A stretch of DNA of 64,000 nucleotides from Balanoglossus misakiensis (lineage: Eukaryota; Animalia; Hemichordata), in contig CM082582.2 of assembly GCA_040954595.2 (NCBI GenBank), positions 186,001 to 250,000 of the forward strand, in the 5' to 3' direction. Positions 38,931 to 52,558 of this stretch are shown piece by piece; the first letter of the stretch is position 1; every line of letters begins with the position of its first letter. Made by a program: the position numbers and the translations under genes. Below the pieces are notes generated by a model. The model ran no database searches and was not told where the DNA came from. It worked only from the letters and a program-made list of their open reading frames with translations.

Positions 38931-39504
38931 TAGACTGTCGACAGTCCCTCGCGCCTAATGTGTATCGACTCGGCGTTTCGTTCGAGGGCCGTAAGGCCCG
39001 TATCTTTTGAGGGCCGAAGGCCCGATTCGGCGTTTCGTGGTGCGATGGCCGTAAGGCCTCGGGCGTGGGCGTGGCCCGAGGGACTGTTATACCTTGTTTC
39101 GCCCTCACACGGGCACTGTGGGAAAATGCCCCTGTAAAATGATTGACAGTTAATATACGTCATAAACTCATAAACGGCAAAGATGTTTTTGTGGCGTCGC
39201 CAACGGGCACTGGGAAGTCTTTGGCGTATGAAATCGCACCTTTTCTCTTGGACAAGATCGGCGAATTTACCGAGGAACCGTCATCGATAGTTTTGGTTGT
39301 ATCGCCGCTGATTCACGCCCCCATATGCAAATTTTACTACGTCATTTTCTGCACGCATAATTAATATCAAGGCAAGGCTTACAAGCTATAACAGTCTCTC
39401 GGGCCTTACGGCCCTCGCACCACGAAACGCCGAATCGGGCCTTCGGCCCTTGCACGAAACGCCGAATCGATACACATTAGGCGCGAGGGACTGTCGACAG
39501 TCTA
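38931..39504 (+). mobile_element. AcademH-derived internally deleted element carrying a RecQ-like helicase fragment, copy B only
   Basis: TAG...CTA termini with long TIRs TAGACTGTCGACAGTCCCTCGCGCCTAATGTGTATCGA; TSD GCCATGAT; empty site at ~16162. Internal GKDVFVASPTGTGKSLAY...IVLVVSPLI matches SF2/RecQ motifs I and Ia. Confidence 0.8.
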
Positions 39505-42098
39505 GCCATGATCAGTGCACTACAATGCGTGAAAGTGGACCGCTGTTCTGTTCATTGATCATCACCCCCTGTATCATGAACATTGTATAGCAATCCATTG
39601 AATTCAGCTCTTCCAGCTAGTGGCCGCACTCGCTTGATTTCCTGTGTGTGTCTCTGGGGACACAAATAATGCATATGCGTCTTTTTCTAATTTGCATATT
39701 TTGAATGGGTTAGGTGTGCCCTGACTTGAATGCGTCAAGCATACAGGTTGTTATGGAAGTTTCTTTTTAGAACCACTAGTGTTAGTCTGTGGGCCCAACC
39801 AGCAAAAAAGGTTCTAGAAATGGTATTATGTTGTATAGGCATTTTGTTCTACATGAAATTAGCTGGAAATGACGGGTGGGAAACTATTGATGTGAAATCA
39901 GGTCACTTCTACCGAAAATGATGGACCAGAGAGCAATGACTATTTTAATTTATTTCATATACTATGTTCACAACTGCTATGCTCCCATAAACTGGGGAAA
40001 CTAAATGATTGTACTTTCTGTTTGGACAATTCATGTATTTTTTTCGCTACCACCTACACTACTATAGTCAGCACATGACAGTATATACTTGAATATGGAT
40101 AAATTTTATCAAAACACTTCAGCTGATCTTGAATGCTGTCTGATATTTTTTTTTTCCAAATGTATTTCTTTCACTTTTAGACTAGTACTTCTGCTTGCAC
40201 TGTTTTTTTCAAAACACATTTCTCATAGTTGCACTGGTGCAATTTGATATGACATACACAATGAATTCCATCAGTATAACATAAGATACAGAATCTGAGA
40301 GGGAAATGACAATATATTTGTGTGAGGCCATTTGTGAGTGCAGGCCATTTTTAAGACTTAATTTAAAACAGTTATTAGAGCCCAGGACAAGTGGTTTTTC
40401 CCCCTGTCAAGCACCCACCTTATCAGGCTGCATTCAATATTACATGAGCAAATCAGTTCAGCATTTCACTGTGGTGTTTGCACTGTTCTCCAAACATTCT
40501 GCTCGTCATCCACTACACACTGAGAGAGCACCAAGTGTCCTTGACGCTATATTTTTAATTTCTAACTATGGAAAGTGCCTGATAACTTTAAATTATTTTC
40601 TTTTTTAACATGGTGACTGACTGTAATCTCTGCAACTTACAACTTCTGTAAGCACCCTTTTGTGGCAGGAAATGCAAAGCCATTGTTAGCCTATACCCTC
40701 CCCACTCAAAAAAAAACTTACCTAAACAATTGACATGATCTGCACTCAGAGAAAAACCATCATCACCACAACTACAGCTGAATCCACCCTCTGCATTGTG
40801 ACAACCTCCAGCACAAACAGAATCTGAACACTCATTCACATCTGAAAACAGAAAACAAAAACATCCATTGTAATTATTCAAGTCAATACCTATCCTCCCT
40901 TCCTTTAAAAATTTTCTTAAATTGAACAAATTCACATGGCTTTGAAATTAAGTATTAACAGTGATATTTCTAATATTTCTAACAGGCCTGACTTTTCTAA
41001 ACGTTCAGTTTCTTTGTGGATTTGTAGAAATGATGTACAAACTGAGCTGTCAGGTCATACCTGTTTGTGCTTTGGCATGAACACATATCCCAGAATGCCC
41101 TACAGGGTTGGCAAAGAAATTGATAAACTCTTCACCTAAAATTTCAAACTCGTAGATCTTAATTATATAGATTCTCACACTCCTGGCATGCTGAGAGTGT
41201 GGGATCAGAGTGTAAGAACAAATCAATCCCACACACTCACTGAATCGAAAGCTGTATATGACGCGAGCGCTGATTGGATGACAAGGCGTTTTTCAATAAC
41301 GTGCGCTAAATGTTATCCAATGACAGGATAAAGAAACTACAACATGCCAGATGACAACTCAAGAGTCATTTATTCAATGTTTTAAGACGAATTTGGCTAA
41401 TTTGTGCCCGTGTGAGAAATATAATCTCATACACAAAGGACCTAGGATCATATTTCCCACACTTGTCAGGGATGTTTTGTCCCACATTCGCCTGCGGCTC
41501 GTGTGGGACAGAAAATCCCCAACTCATGTCAGAATTATGACCCCTAGTCCTTGGGAGTGTAAGATTCTATTAATCTCACAACCTTAGGACCTGGGATAAG
41601 ATTTCTCAGATGAGTTGGTGAAATTTTTGCTTGTGTTAGTCAACATATACCTGATAAGTGTAAAAAATTGCATCAAGGACACAGTGGTCCCATTCAGTCT
41701 ACACGGAGTACATATACACAGTCAGATCGCACGGTGCTCATTTGCATATGAAAGTTTATCAAGCGAGCGACCGTTAACTTTCAAACAGACTGCAATAGGC
41801 CAATTTTCAAGGTGATTTTCAACTTGATTTTTATGCTCTGTTGTGCAATAAAATACCATGTTAGCTGGATAAATTACGAAAGTGATTCCCATTTTTCACT
41901 GCAGACGTAAATTTTATGAAAATCTGTCGGTAATAGTAGAAGTTTTTAACGTGTTTTCAGTGGTATGTTGGTGACCCCGAAAGAGACGTCCACAAACGTG
42001 TCAAAAATCATTTGAAAACGACCTCGGAAGTTAACCAAACTTTCCTGACAGAGAGGTCTAATATCGGTCCCGACATCCGTGAAAAGAAATTAATTCGA

Positions 42099-45000
42099 AA
42101 TGCTATTTTCCATATTATGATGTTCAGTATCAGTGATTGGTGATGGTGATTCTAATAGTGGTGACTTATCTGTATATTTTGGGCATACCCCATACTTTTT
42201 CGATGTGGTACAGAATCCAGGGTTCCCATTATGTGGATTACTGCAGTCATTGCATTGACACGCAGGGCCACAACCATTGTGGGTCTTATAAACATTTACA
42301 ACATCTGCTATTACAAGTTGGCATCTTTTTGCAGCCACACCCTTTTGTTAGCAACTCCAAATTATTTTTCACTTTTTCTAAATTGGCATCACTGTCCCAA
42401 ATAATATCAAGTTCGCCGTTGCTTAGTCTGTATCCATAATTATTGAATAAGGGAAACGTAACATGGCACTGATCGGCCTGGGACCATAACTGAGAGACCC
42501 AGCATGATCTTTTCCAGTGCAGTTGTAGGGCTTCAAAGGAAGGGATACATTCTTCCTCATACTGGATACGTGGCCAAATTGTTTCTCGTATATATGTAAG
42601 CCATTTGATGTGGTTATCTTTAAGACTGTTAGTGACACTGGCTACTTGTTGATAAAGTTCAAAAGGATGAGATGCATCAAATGCTTGGAAATGTTTCTTA
42701 ACATAAACACTACCTTTTAAACGTATGAAAGCGAAAATTCCATTCCCTACACTGTCTACTGTTGTGTCTATCAGTGTTCCAGGTATAAGGGTGCCACTAG
42801 TTATAAATTCAGGGTATTGAAAAAATGTCTTGTAGAAAGATATCTTTCCGATGCCTGCAAAGTATAGTCACAACCTGTGCATATGAACACTGTTTGAAAT
42901 ATTTTGCCTACATATTGGAGGGGAATATGTTGCAAATAAGGGTCTAAATTTAAATCTGATTTGAATTGATTCATGTCTAAATAAGTGAGATTGGATAAAT
43001 CATTATCCAGTTGTACAAATATCTCCTTTTGAACATGTTGATATAGTACTGGGAGGAGAACATGATAAGTATCGGTATCAGGGGAGTAAATAACACCTTT
43101 CTTGTAAGAGGACTGAACTGCATGAAGGATGCATCTACTGTCAGCTTCTTCATGACAAATTTTGGCTTCCCACTCAGACACAATTCCATTACTACCGACG
43201 AAAAGACTCTTGTCCCTATTTTCCCCATCAAAGCCACCTGCTGTAATGAGGACATGATCACCTTGCAGAGCCGGTACAATTATTTGTAAAGATGTGGCTG
43301 ACAAGAAGTTCACTAGTTTTCTCTTGCTTGGCCTACAATTAATGTATGTTTTGAGCTAATATTATTGATTTCCTATTTTTATGCATTTGTTTGTATTTTT
43401 CCATGTTATTGGTAAAAAGTCTTCATTTCTGAAAGTGATGGGCTTACTTCTTTTAAATTTAGTATGAAGCTTCCCAATTGTTGTCTGAGTAACCATAGTT
43501 TTGTTCAAATTGTTGCAAAATTTGCATATTTATAATTTTGAGCAATATTTGCCATTTTTGGTCAATTTTTTTTTCTTTAAAACCGCATGCCAGATTGCTT
43601 TGCAATTTTGTAGGCATGTTCGTAGGTGTAACCCAAATAATATGTTGTAAAAAATGTGATATTTTCATAAATGTGTTATAGGGGAAACTTTTTCAATTTT
43701 TGTCAAAAATTGTTTTCCTGAAACTGCTTGTCATATTGCATTGACCTTTGGCAGCATGTTCCTTGTAGTGGTTGAAGTAAGGTATTGTACAATTTTGTGT
43801 TTTTGCCACTTTTGAACAAATATTTTTTTGTGAAACTGCTTGTTGATTGCTTTGAAATTTGTTTTTTCTCTGATTGCTTTGAAATTTAGGATATAATTTC
43901 ATAACACATACATGTATATGTGCAACTTTTATTCAATTCTGATATCAGAAATATTCAATATTTAGCGAGTTTTTTCTCCTAAACCAATTGTCCAGTTGTT
44001 TTGAAAGTTACTGTTTACAAGGAGTTGTTACCCCCAACTTAGACATGTTTACATAACTTCAATAAGCCAGCTGTTAGAGAGACCATGGGCTATTAAATTG
44101 TTTATTACCAGTGGCAGGTCAGTGTGTGTGTCTGTCTGTCTGTCTGTTTCAGAGCTAACTGAAAGAAGTTGCTTCTCATATGTGTTTGTACAGACAATTT
44201 TTGGTCAATTTTTTTTCTAGCACTACTTGTAAGACTGTAATGACACATGACAGTTTATTGGGCATGTTCCTTGTTAATTTTTTTTACATTCCATATTTCT
44301 ATATCGTAAGATCATATCTGCTTGCAATGTCACCTGTAATTTTTATTGGGGTGTGTCACTGTTTCCGCATAATCCTCAAATGGGACCACAGTGTCCTTGA
44401 CGCTATTCTTTGCTGTGTCATCTGAAAATATATTAGTTAGCTCCCTGGCGGTATTAAGTGGTGAAAATACATCAGCACTTTCAAGACAATTGATATACAA
44501 CCTGCAGTTTGACTCAAGTATTTTATGTACACTAACTGAATTATGGGTTTCATTTTGGAAAGGAAATAACTGATCTTTTAGATTCTTGGCAGCCATAGCT
44601 CTATAGGGTAAATAAATTGCTATTCTCTCCATTAACCCACCTGTAGAAGTATGCAATGCAGCTTTAACATCTTTATTGACGCACATTTCATGGGCTTCAT
44701 CTAGTGCTACATTAACCCAAGTTGAGCCTGACAAATTGCAAACAAAACCACCTGCTTTGAAATGTAACAACAGAGAGTTTGGCATCTTCAGAAGGTCAGC
44801 AAGATTTCTTGGAATTAACCTCAAGTACAGGGATCGGTCATATGCATGGAACAGTGGGTTTATTTTTTTCAAAGCCGATATTCGAAGGTTCCAATTTCCT
44901 GACCTTATTGCAATGTACAAAGACATGTATGCAAACAAATCTTCCTCTATAAATCTAACCCAAAATTTGAAAGTTTTGTCTGTATTTGCCCTTCTGCACA

Positions 45001-48000
45001 GTACGTGAAATATCCCATAATTCATTCTGATTTGTACAATCAGAGATTACTCAGTCAAACCAGGCAAAGTTCACATGTGTAGAGAGAATTGTAGACCACT
45101 AATAGAAATTTTGAGATCTTACTTTTAAGGTGAATCTTATTGTCAATTACCATTTCAAATGATTTAGAAAATTATGTATTATTGAGAGAGAAGATACGAA
45201 TTTTATAAAATAATCAAGCAATTGCATAGCCAGCCATACCAAAAAGTTTGGAGTAAAACAGGGACACTTGAAACACCTGTTTAATCAAACAAAATGATAT
45301 TGATATTTTCTTTTGACAGAACAATTGAAATTTACATGTTAACTTTCAACAGAGACTGGCCACCTCAGTCAATCATTGCTTGTTTCCTCATTGCTTGTTT
45401 CCTCCAAAGTGTGGCATTTGCAGTACATGAATACTTTGATTCTTATTGCTTTTAAATTTTGATTTTGGAATTTCACTCTAATTCCTCAACGTACTTTTCC
45501 TAGATAAACATAAATAGATTTATATGTACTTCATATCATTGTTAGTATCTAAAACAGAAAAAGTTATTAAATGGGCAACCTTCGATGATACAAATCATGG
45601 AGAATTGTGGGTAAAATATCGTACTGTGTTCTGTCACAAAAAATCTGAAATTCCTCTTGCAAGCGAGTAAGTTGAGCCTTAAGGTCACCATTAATTTTGT
45701 CAATATGATCAGCTTTATCTTCAGTACATTCCAAAGATTTTGTGACAGCTTCTAGTAAACATTTTTGGACTGTTTCTGTATTTAAGGGACAGTGCTGGGT
45801 ATTATGGGTGTCACCCCTCTTATTCAAAAAGGAATTGACAATACATCTAAACATACTTTCCCAAATTTGTGTTAGGAAGCGATGAGTTAGCTTGAAATTT
45901 GTACACTGTACTAGGGTTTCCCCCTTTATGATTGACCCCTGCCAGATGTTTTAGGCCAGCATCCCAGAATATTTTCATGATGACTGGTTGGTAATTTTTT
46001 AGAGTGTGCCAGTCTCTGATAAAAGGCTGCAACCAGTCTAAATTTGCACCATACATGTCTTTTAATTTTATCAGGTGATGGAAAGTTTTCCCATCACCAA
46101 CCACAACCAGGTATTTTATTCTTACACCAACTCTGAATGTAACATATACAGCTTATTGATAATGTTATGGAAAGTTTCAATGGTGTCTGCGTGTTCACTT
46201 GATATGCCCAAATAAATGACATTTGAGCATTCACTTTCATTACTGTTAGCATTTGTTGCTAATGTTGATTTAAAATCCCCAAAAACTGTTTCTATATCAG
46301 CTCTGTGCATTGCATTTTTCTGTAGAGCAAAAATGAATTGTCAGAAAACAGTTCTGACCAAGCAATGGCTTCTTCTTGTTTAATGTCAAAATCTGACAGC
46401 GAAATTGATGACCGTGGTTGATGTTGTCTCAGTAGAGGTGGTTTAAATACTACATCATTATGAACAGTATCATTGGATTTTTTTCTCCGTAAATGGTGTC
46501 TGCGTGTTCACTTGATATGCCCAAATAAATGACATTTGAGCATTCACTTTCATTACTGTTAGCATTTGTTGCTAATGTTGATTTAAAATCCCCAAAAACT
46601 GTTTCTATATCAGCTCTGTGCATTGCATTTTTCTGTAGAGCAAAAATGAATTGTCAGAAAACAGTTCTGACCAAGCAATGGCTTCTTCTTGTTTAATGTC
46701 AAAATCTGACAGCGAAATTGATGACCGTGGTTGATGTTGTCTCAGTAGAGGTGGTTTAAATACTACATCATTATGAACAGTATCATTGGATTTTTTTCTC
46801 CGTAAATGTACGGGCTTTTCTCACAGGTGCACTCAAACCTGTACCAGTATTTTTTTAGATAGATCTGTCAACCATGATTTTAGTATTATTTCCACAAATT
46901 GCCAAAAATTTCATTCATTTCATAGTCTACTGTATTTTGTGAACAAAAGCCACTGTTTAATTCCTGCCACCGTTCAAATGAATTCCGTGCATTTTCACTC
47001 ACCAGACTATCTTTACTTTTAATTAACTGCCTGTTAAGAAGCAAATCATAATGGCCTGGTTGACCTGGCCTGTCTGGTGTGTACAAGAGACAGACAGGCT
47101 CAGTCTTGGAGAACACATCACCATCACCTCTTGCAAATATATCATTCTGCTTGGTGTATATATGTAATGGACATTTTGCAACATACACTACAGATATCAT
47201 TTCTGGCATACCAGCATATTCATCTGCCTTTTCCATACATTGTGTTCTGTGCAAAATGTCCATATAACGAGTGCCGTCTAACAGGACATCAAGTTGTGCA
47301 TCATCCATTCCTTCAAAGTATATATGATTGGCACGCATTATGTCTACTGTATCTGCTCTTAACTTGTCTGCGAATATTTTCTCTCGGTCAGCTAAAATTG
47401 GGTCAGAAGGGAGTCCACTAGGTAAATGATCGCAATTTTGCAATGCAATATCATTTCTCACAGAGATGCTCCTGAAAAAGCACCTTCCATCACCATATAT
47501 GTTGATTAGCTTAAAATCTTTGACAGTTGAATGTTTGTCATGACTGCCAAAAAAAATATCATCAACACTGTTCAAAATTGACTTTGGTTTTGGTTGGACC
47601 ATTTGATAAGAAGTACCGTGGAAACCTCTGTCCTTTGGATCAGCTCTAACAGCTGCATATTTAGCTGATTTATCAATATTGTCAATGGAAGTTATACAAA
47701 ATGCATTATTTGCAATATTTTCCTCTGTGAAATCAGCTGATGTTCTTTTGTTGATAACTCCCAACATGTATCTATGCAATGTATCTCCAGAACAAATAAT
47801 ACCAAATCAATTTAGAATTTTCACTAGAGTAGATGACCTACTATAACCTTCACCAATGTCAGCCAGGTAAGTATACAATGGGTAAGTACAATGATCAGAA
47901 CAAGTGAACAATATCATACACACAAAACAAACGCCTGAGGAATCGTGCTCTACTCTCCATAGAGTGCTGGTCATAAAATCCATAGTAGTGTTTATTGCAT

Positions 48001-49565
48001 TCAAAGTTGGGGCTTTTTAATTTACTGCATTCACTGTTGTTCAACGAATTGCTAGGACGTTGTGTTGACATGTACACAGCGCGAGACAATGATTGACAGG
48101 CAGAATGTATCAAAATTCTGGCCCATGTGACTGACTCCGCGAATCTGATTGGTAGACAAGACGCAAAAGTGTAAAAACTTGAAAGTCGATTTCACTTTAT
48201 GAATGAAAGTGATTCCATAATTAGCATATCTCGTTGGGGCCACAGATCGTTGCACAGGGGAAAGAACGTAATCCCGCTAAATAAACTACAAGGCCGCTCG
48301 AATATTATAGCGGGATATTGGAATATTGTATCCTACCTCTTCTAACGAAAAATAAGAAGACTGTTCATGTGATAAATATATAATCCCATGATATTTTTCT
48401 TTATTTAACGTCATCGTATACTCGTGGTTTTCGCGGAGTCTAGCAACTTCTTGCCTACAGCTCGAAGTTGCACGGCTCTGCGAAAACACTCGTATACGAT
48501 GACGTCAAACAAAGAAAAATATCATGGGATTATATATAAAAATAGTATTCCATAACACAGGGTCAATCTCACTGACAATATATTCAACATCAAATGTACT
48601 CAGATCAACTGTGTTTGTTTTGCAGTAATTACTGAATTTTTAAGATTGCTGATAAATGCTGACATTTAATTTCACAGCCACCAAATCAAGCATTTTGAAA
48701 AAGTCAACGTCAACTTTACTCAAGTCTCATACTTGCTTTTCAAGCCTCTCTATCTGTTTCTCAGCTTGCACAACATACTGGGGATGTTCGACAAGTGCAT
48801 TTTGGAGGGAATAGTGAGATCTGAACCCGTTCGGTACAAAAAGGTGGAGAACTTTCTACTCACTTTTGATACAACAGAAAAGTGAATTGGATAATACACA
48901 CATAGAAATTCCCGAATAAGCCAGCTATTAGGTTTTCTGTGGAATTCCACTGGTTGTACCTTGACCTTGGGTCGCAAAGTCTGATATTCATCATCTAAAC
49001 AATCATTGAAATATTGCCTGACGTCAAACAATAGAATGGCGTGTTTTCTGAGGAGCACTTCTCCTAAAAAGACAGCAGTTTTCCAGCATGCAAAATTCAC
49101 CAAGTCGGTGTCACAGCTGCAGCCTTTTTGTAGCATTGTGACATATTTTTTAATTTCTTCAGCAAGTGCTATATCACTCGACATAATTAGGCCTTGTTGA
49201 ATACTACACCTTGCTTTTTCCGCTAAAGCAACAAATGTTTTATATCATTTCAAACAAATCAGGCTGTCTTGAGTAAGGGCAAATGGTGTGTTAGTTTGTT
49301 GGTGAAATGTTTGCACCATATCAAAATCAGGGATTTTAAACAAATTGTTTGCCCGCGATAAGCACGAAGTACACAAGGGATGGCTTTTTCTCATAGCAAG
49401 GATGTACTGACATTGACACAGTGGAAATGATGAAAATCCTTTAAAACCTGAGTTGTCTATACTCAATTTTGTACACAGTCCTGTTCGCCTGAAATCAGGT
49501 CTATAATGTCGCGTAAAAAAATGGCCTATTTCGCGACCCTTCAGCGGGGCCCACGGTAACGGCTA
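42099..49565 (-). mobile_element. Decayed Academ-type DNA transposon with an OTU domain, copy B (3'-truncated, longer intact frames)
   Basis: ORFs 46886-47779 (DNID + OTU with GDGRC and GHYD), 44330-45025 (DEAHEM), 42801-43313 (XPG-like), ~42110-42350 (Cys8). Confidence 0.78.
46179..46808. repeat. 313-bp tandem duplication inside Academ copy B
   Basis: 46179-46491 is repeated at 46492-46804 with AATG microhomology; single copy in A. Confidence 0.9.
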
Positions 49566-51444
49566 CATGGTATGAAGTACTTTCCCTCATTAACATATGT
49601 TAATGAGTACCATGCGATCTGACTGTACAGACACACATACACAACGAGAGATTAACAGGCAAACACTGGCTGACCCATAAGCTGCCAATGGCATGTGTAC
49701 TGTACACACAGCAAATGGTCTCTTTAACAGATAGCCAGTTATGAAAACATGCAGTTACCAATCACTGTTATTATTGACAAATTGCATCCAAGTCCAGACC
49801 CAGGCTTGAATACAATTTTTAAACAATAACAACATTGCTTACCCTGCTTCACCGAGCTGAACAAGAAATGATGGTTGATAACAAGCATAATACTGAATAA
49901 AAATTCAAAAGTTACAGATATAGGACCTTTCGTTGCCCACATATTATATTACCATGGTCTGTGCGTCGCATTTTAATTGGGCAAGATGAACGACATCACT
50001 GACCACAAATACCCAGTAATGGTTTGTTTACATGCCCGTAAATCTGAATAGTAATATTAGCAAATAGTTCAGTGAACACAACATTTTGCATAACACAAGT
50101 TCTGGGGCCCCTAGTCTTGTGTGTGGGACATTTTCATAAATATTGATGGTTTTCTTGAGATTGTTGGTAATGTAATGGAAATAAATGTAGGGCTCGGGCT
50201 CTAGGAAAGCCAAATTTCATGGGCTCAGAAGCCTTGCCCATGAATTTTTGGCTTTCCCCTCGCCCTTGCCCAAAAACAAACGTTAATGGTCAGGGCGTTG
50301 TGCATTATTTCTATATTGTGTTGATCTTACCTGTACACTCTCCATTGACCAATCAATATTCCACAGCACAAGTGCAATAAAAAGAGCCTGCTGTATTCAC
50401 ACACTGGCCTCCACAAAGATCTGCTCTCTCCATATATTCATTGAGAAAAATCTGAAATCTGAAATCAAAGGTAGTTATTATTAATAAATTTATTATTATT
50501 TATTTCCTAACAAAAGTAATACACATACATCTCAGTGCATTTTCTACAGAAAATAATAAAATTAGAAAACAAGTGAAAGCTTAAAGGATAAAAATTACAC
50601 TTAAAAACCCCAAACAAACAGAAACAGTTCTGAAAGACAATCCCTATAAACCAAAAAAGCAATGGAATGAAATAGTGCTGAATAAAAGGACGAGTCTTAA
50701 AAACCCCTTTGAAAACTGTCAATAGATCCAGCATTGTGGATAGAAGGTGCACAAACACTGAATCCTCTTTAGCCATATGCCTTGTTAAGTTTTGAAATGA
50801 TCATTCACGGTGATGAGTTATCAAGAATATACCCGTTAAAAATTACTGTCCCCTCAGAGAAGCATTTTGTAATGAGATGAAAACTATATGAATTTTCTAA
50901 GTGTATATTTATTCTTTGCAGAGGTAATTTACTTAGCTATAGGTTGATAATTTATGTTAATTTCATTGAATTATGCAAATAAGTAGTGAAAATACTTGTA
51001 CATGAATATATCAGACAGTCTTACAGTGTCGTGTGAGGTTGATGACACATATTCTTAACCACATATTTCTTGATCAATTAATTGTGTTTACACCAAAGTC
51101 CTCAATATCCATGGCAATCTCTTCCTAGGAATTTTAACACTCTCTCCAAAATCCCCTGAAACTTGTGTACCCTGTCAGCAAAACTTTGTCTGATTTTTAA
51201 AATACAGATTACTTCTTCACCCTTGCAAACACATTTTCAAAGATAAGTTTTCACATTTGTTAATTTGTTTATATTATGCATAATTATAATTGGAACAATT
51301 CTAAGATACAATTTCAACAAACATGTGTTCAGTACAAGTGTGCGGTTGATTACAAATTTTAAAATGTGTGCAATGGATAGACAGGATGTGTGTTTAGCTG
51401 ATTGTAACCATAGCAATATGCAATCCCCAAACAGTGTAGCCGCA

Positions 51445-52192
51445 AGTCGCTTGCACACGTGCAATGATTAGGGCGCCCTTTTTGGGATTATAAAAGTTGG
51501 TAAACATTTCTTATCAGCGACTCAAATAGTTTTGCATTCACATGTGTATAAAAGGGACGGGATCACCGCACTCAATGCGTCCACAGCAGCGTGGCTAAAG
51601 GTCGCAATGGCGGATTCAGTGATGTGTTTACTGTATATGTAGCTCTGGACTTATACCCAAACAGCGTATAAGTCCAGAGCTACTGTATATGGTACTCCTG
51701 AATTTGCTTTTTAAACGTCGCCGACGCCGATTTCATGGGCATTTGAATGAACCGATACCGGTTTATGGTAACCTTTCATTGGAGGTTGCGCCTGGAAGTC
51801 TGCAGTCCATGCTACTAAATCGTCGTCGGAGGTCGAGTTTGCAATTCCTTTGTATGTGCCTTGGCCATTTCTGCGTCACTCCAATTGTTGCCTCGAGACA
51901 CTGCTTCGGCCATTGTTTTAGTAAAGTGAACCTCAACGCTTAATGCAGCGCTTAATGAGACAAACCGCGCCGGCAGAGTGCGTTTAGATCGGCGTTTAGT
52001 GCGGTGTTTCTGTTCACACGTGATTTGAATCGCTGTTTAGTGCGGCGCCCCGACCCAGGTCCCACCCCTCAACACCGTCACAAAAAAGAGCGGCGCAGGG
52101 CCGCTCTCACCTTTTCACACGTGGCACTTACAAATTAACGCCGCCCTAGGGCAGCCGCTGGGGCGGCGTTGACGGCACGTGAGAAAGGCACT
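51445..52192. mobile_element. PIF/Harbinger-like non-autonomous element, copy B only
   Basis: Imperfect TIR AGTCGCTTGCACACGTG / AGTGCCTTTCTCACGTG; 3-bp flanks GCA/ACA inside the minisatellite; internal hairpin at 51634-51690. Confidence 0.65.
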
Positions 52193-52558
52193 ACAGAAGA
52201 GACCAATGTTTAACTGATTGTAACCATAGCAATATACAATCCCCAAACAATGTAGCCACAGAAGAGACCAATGTTTAGCTGATTGTAACCATAGCAATAT
52301 ACAATCCCCAAACAATGTAGCCACAGAAGAGACCAAAATCCACAGTTACATACCGCCACATGCATGGCCATCTTCCAGCAGATAGAATCCTGGTCTGCAA
52401 GCGCAGAGATAACTACCATGGGTATTCATACAACAGTGTTGACATGCATTTCCACCACTGTGACATTCATTCATATCTGGAGGGTCAGTTGCAGGTGCAT
52501 GGCAGTACAATTGACATGATCCTTTAATTTTACAGTGCAATTATAAGATAATACTTAC

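Larger units (their letters stand above)
38076..52476 (-). pseudogene. Decayed calcium-binding EGF exons, copy B (38076-38187, 40722-40841, 50331-~50451, 52354-52476)
   Basis: Same exons as copy A, sharing the TGA stop and the frameshift. The polypyrimidine tract of the 52354-52476 exon is deleted. Confidence 0.85.
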
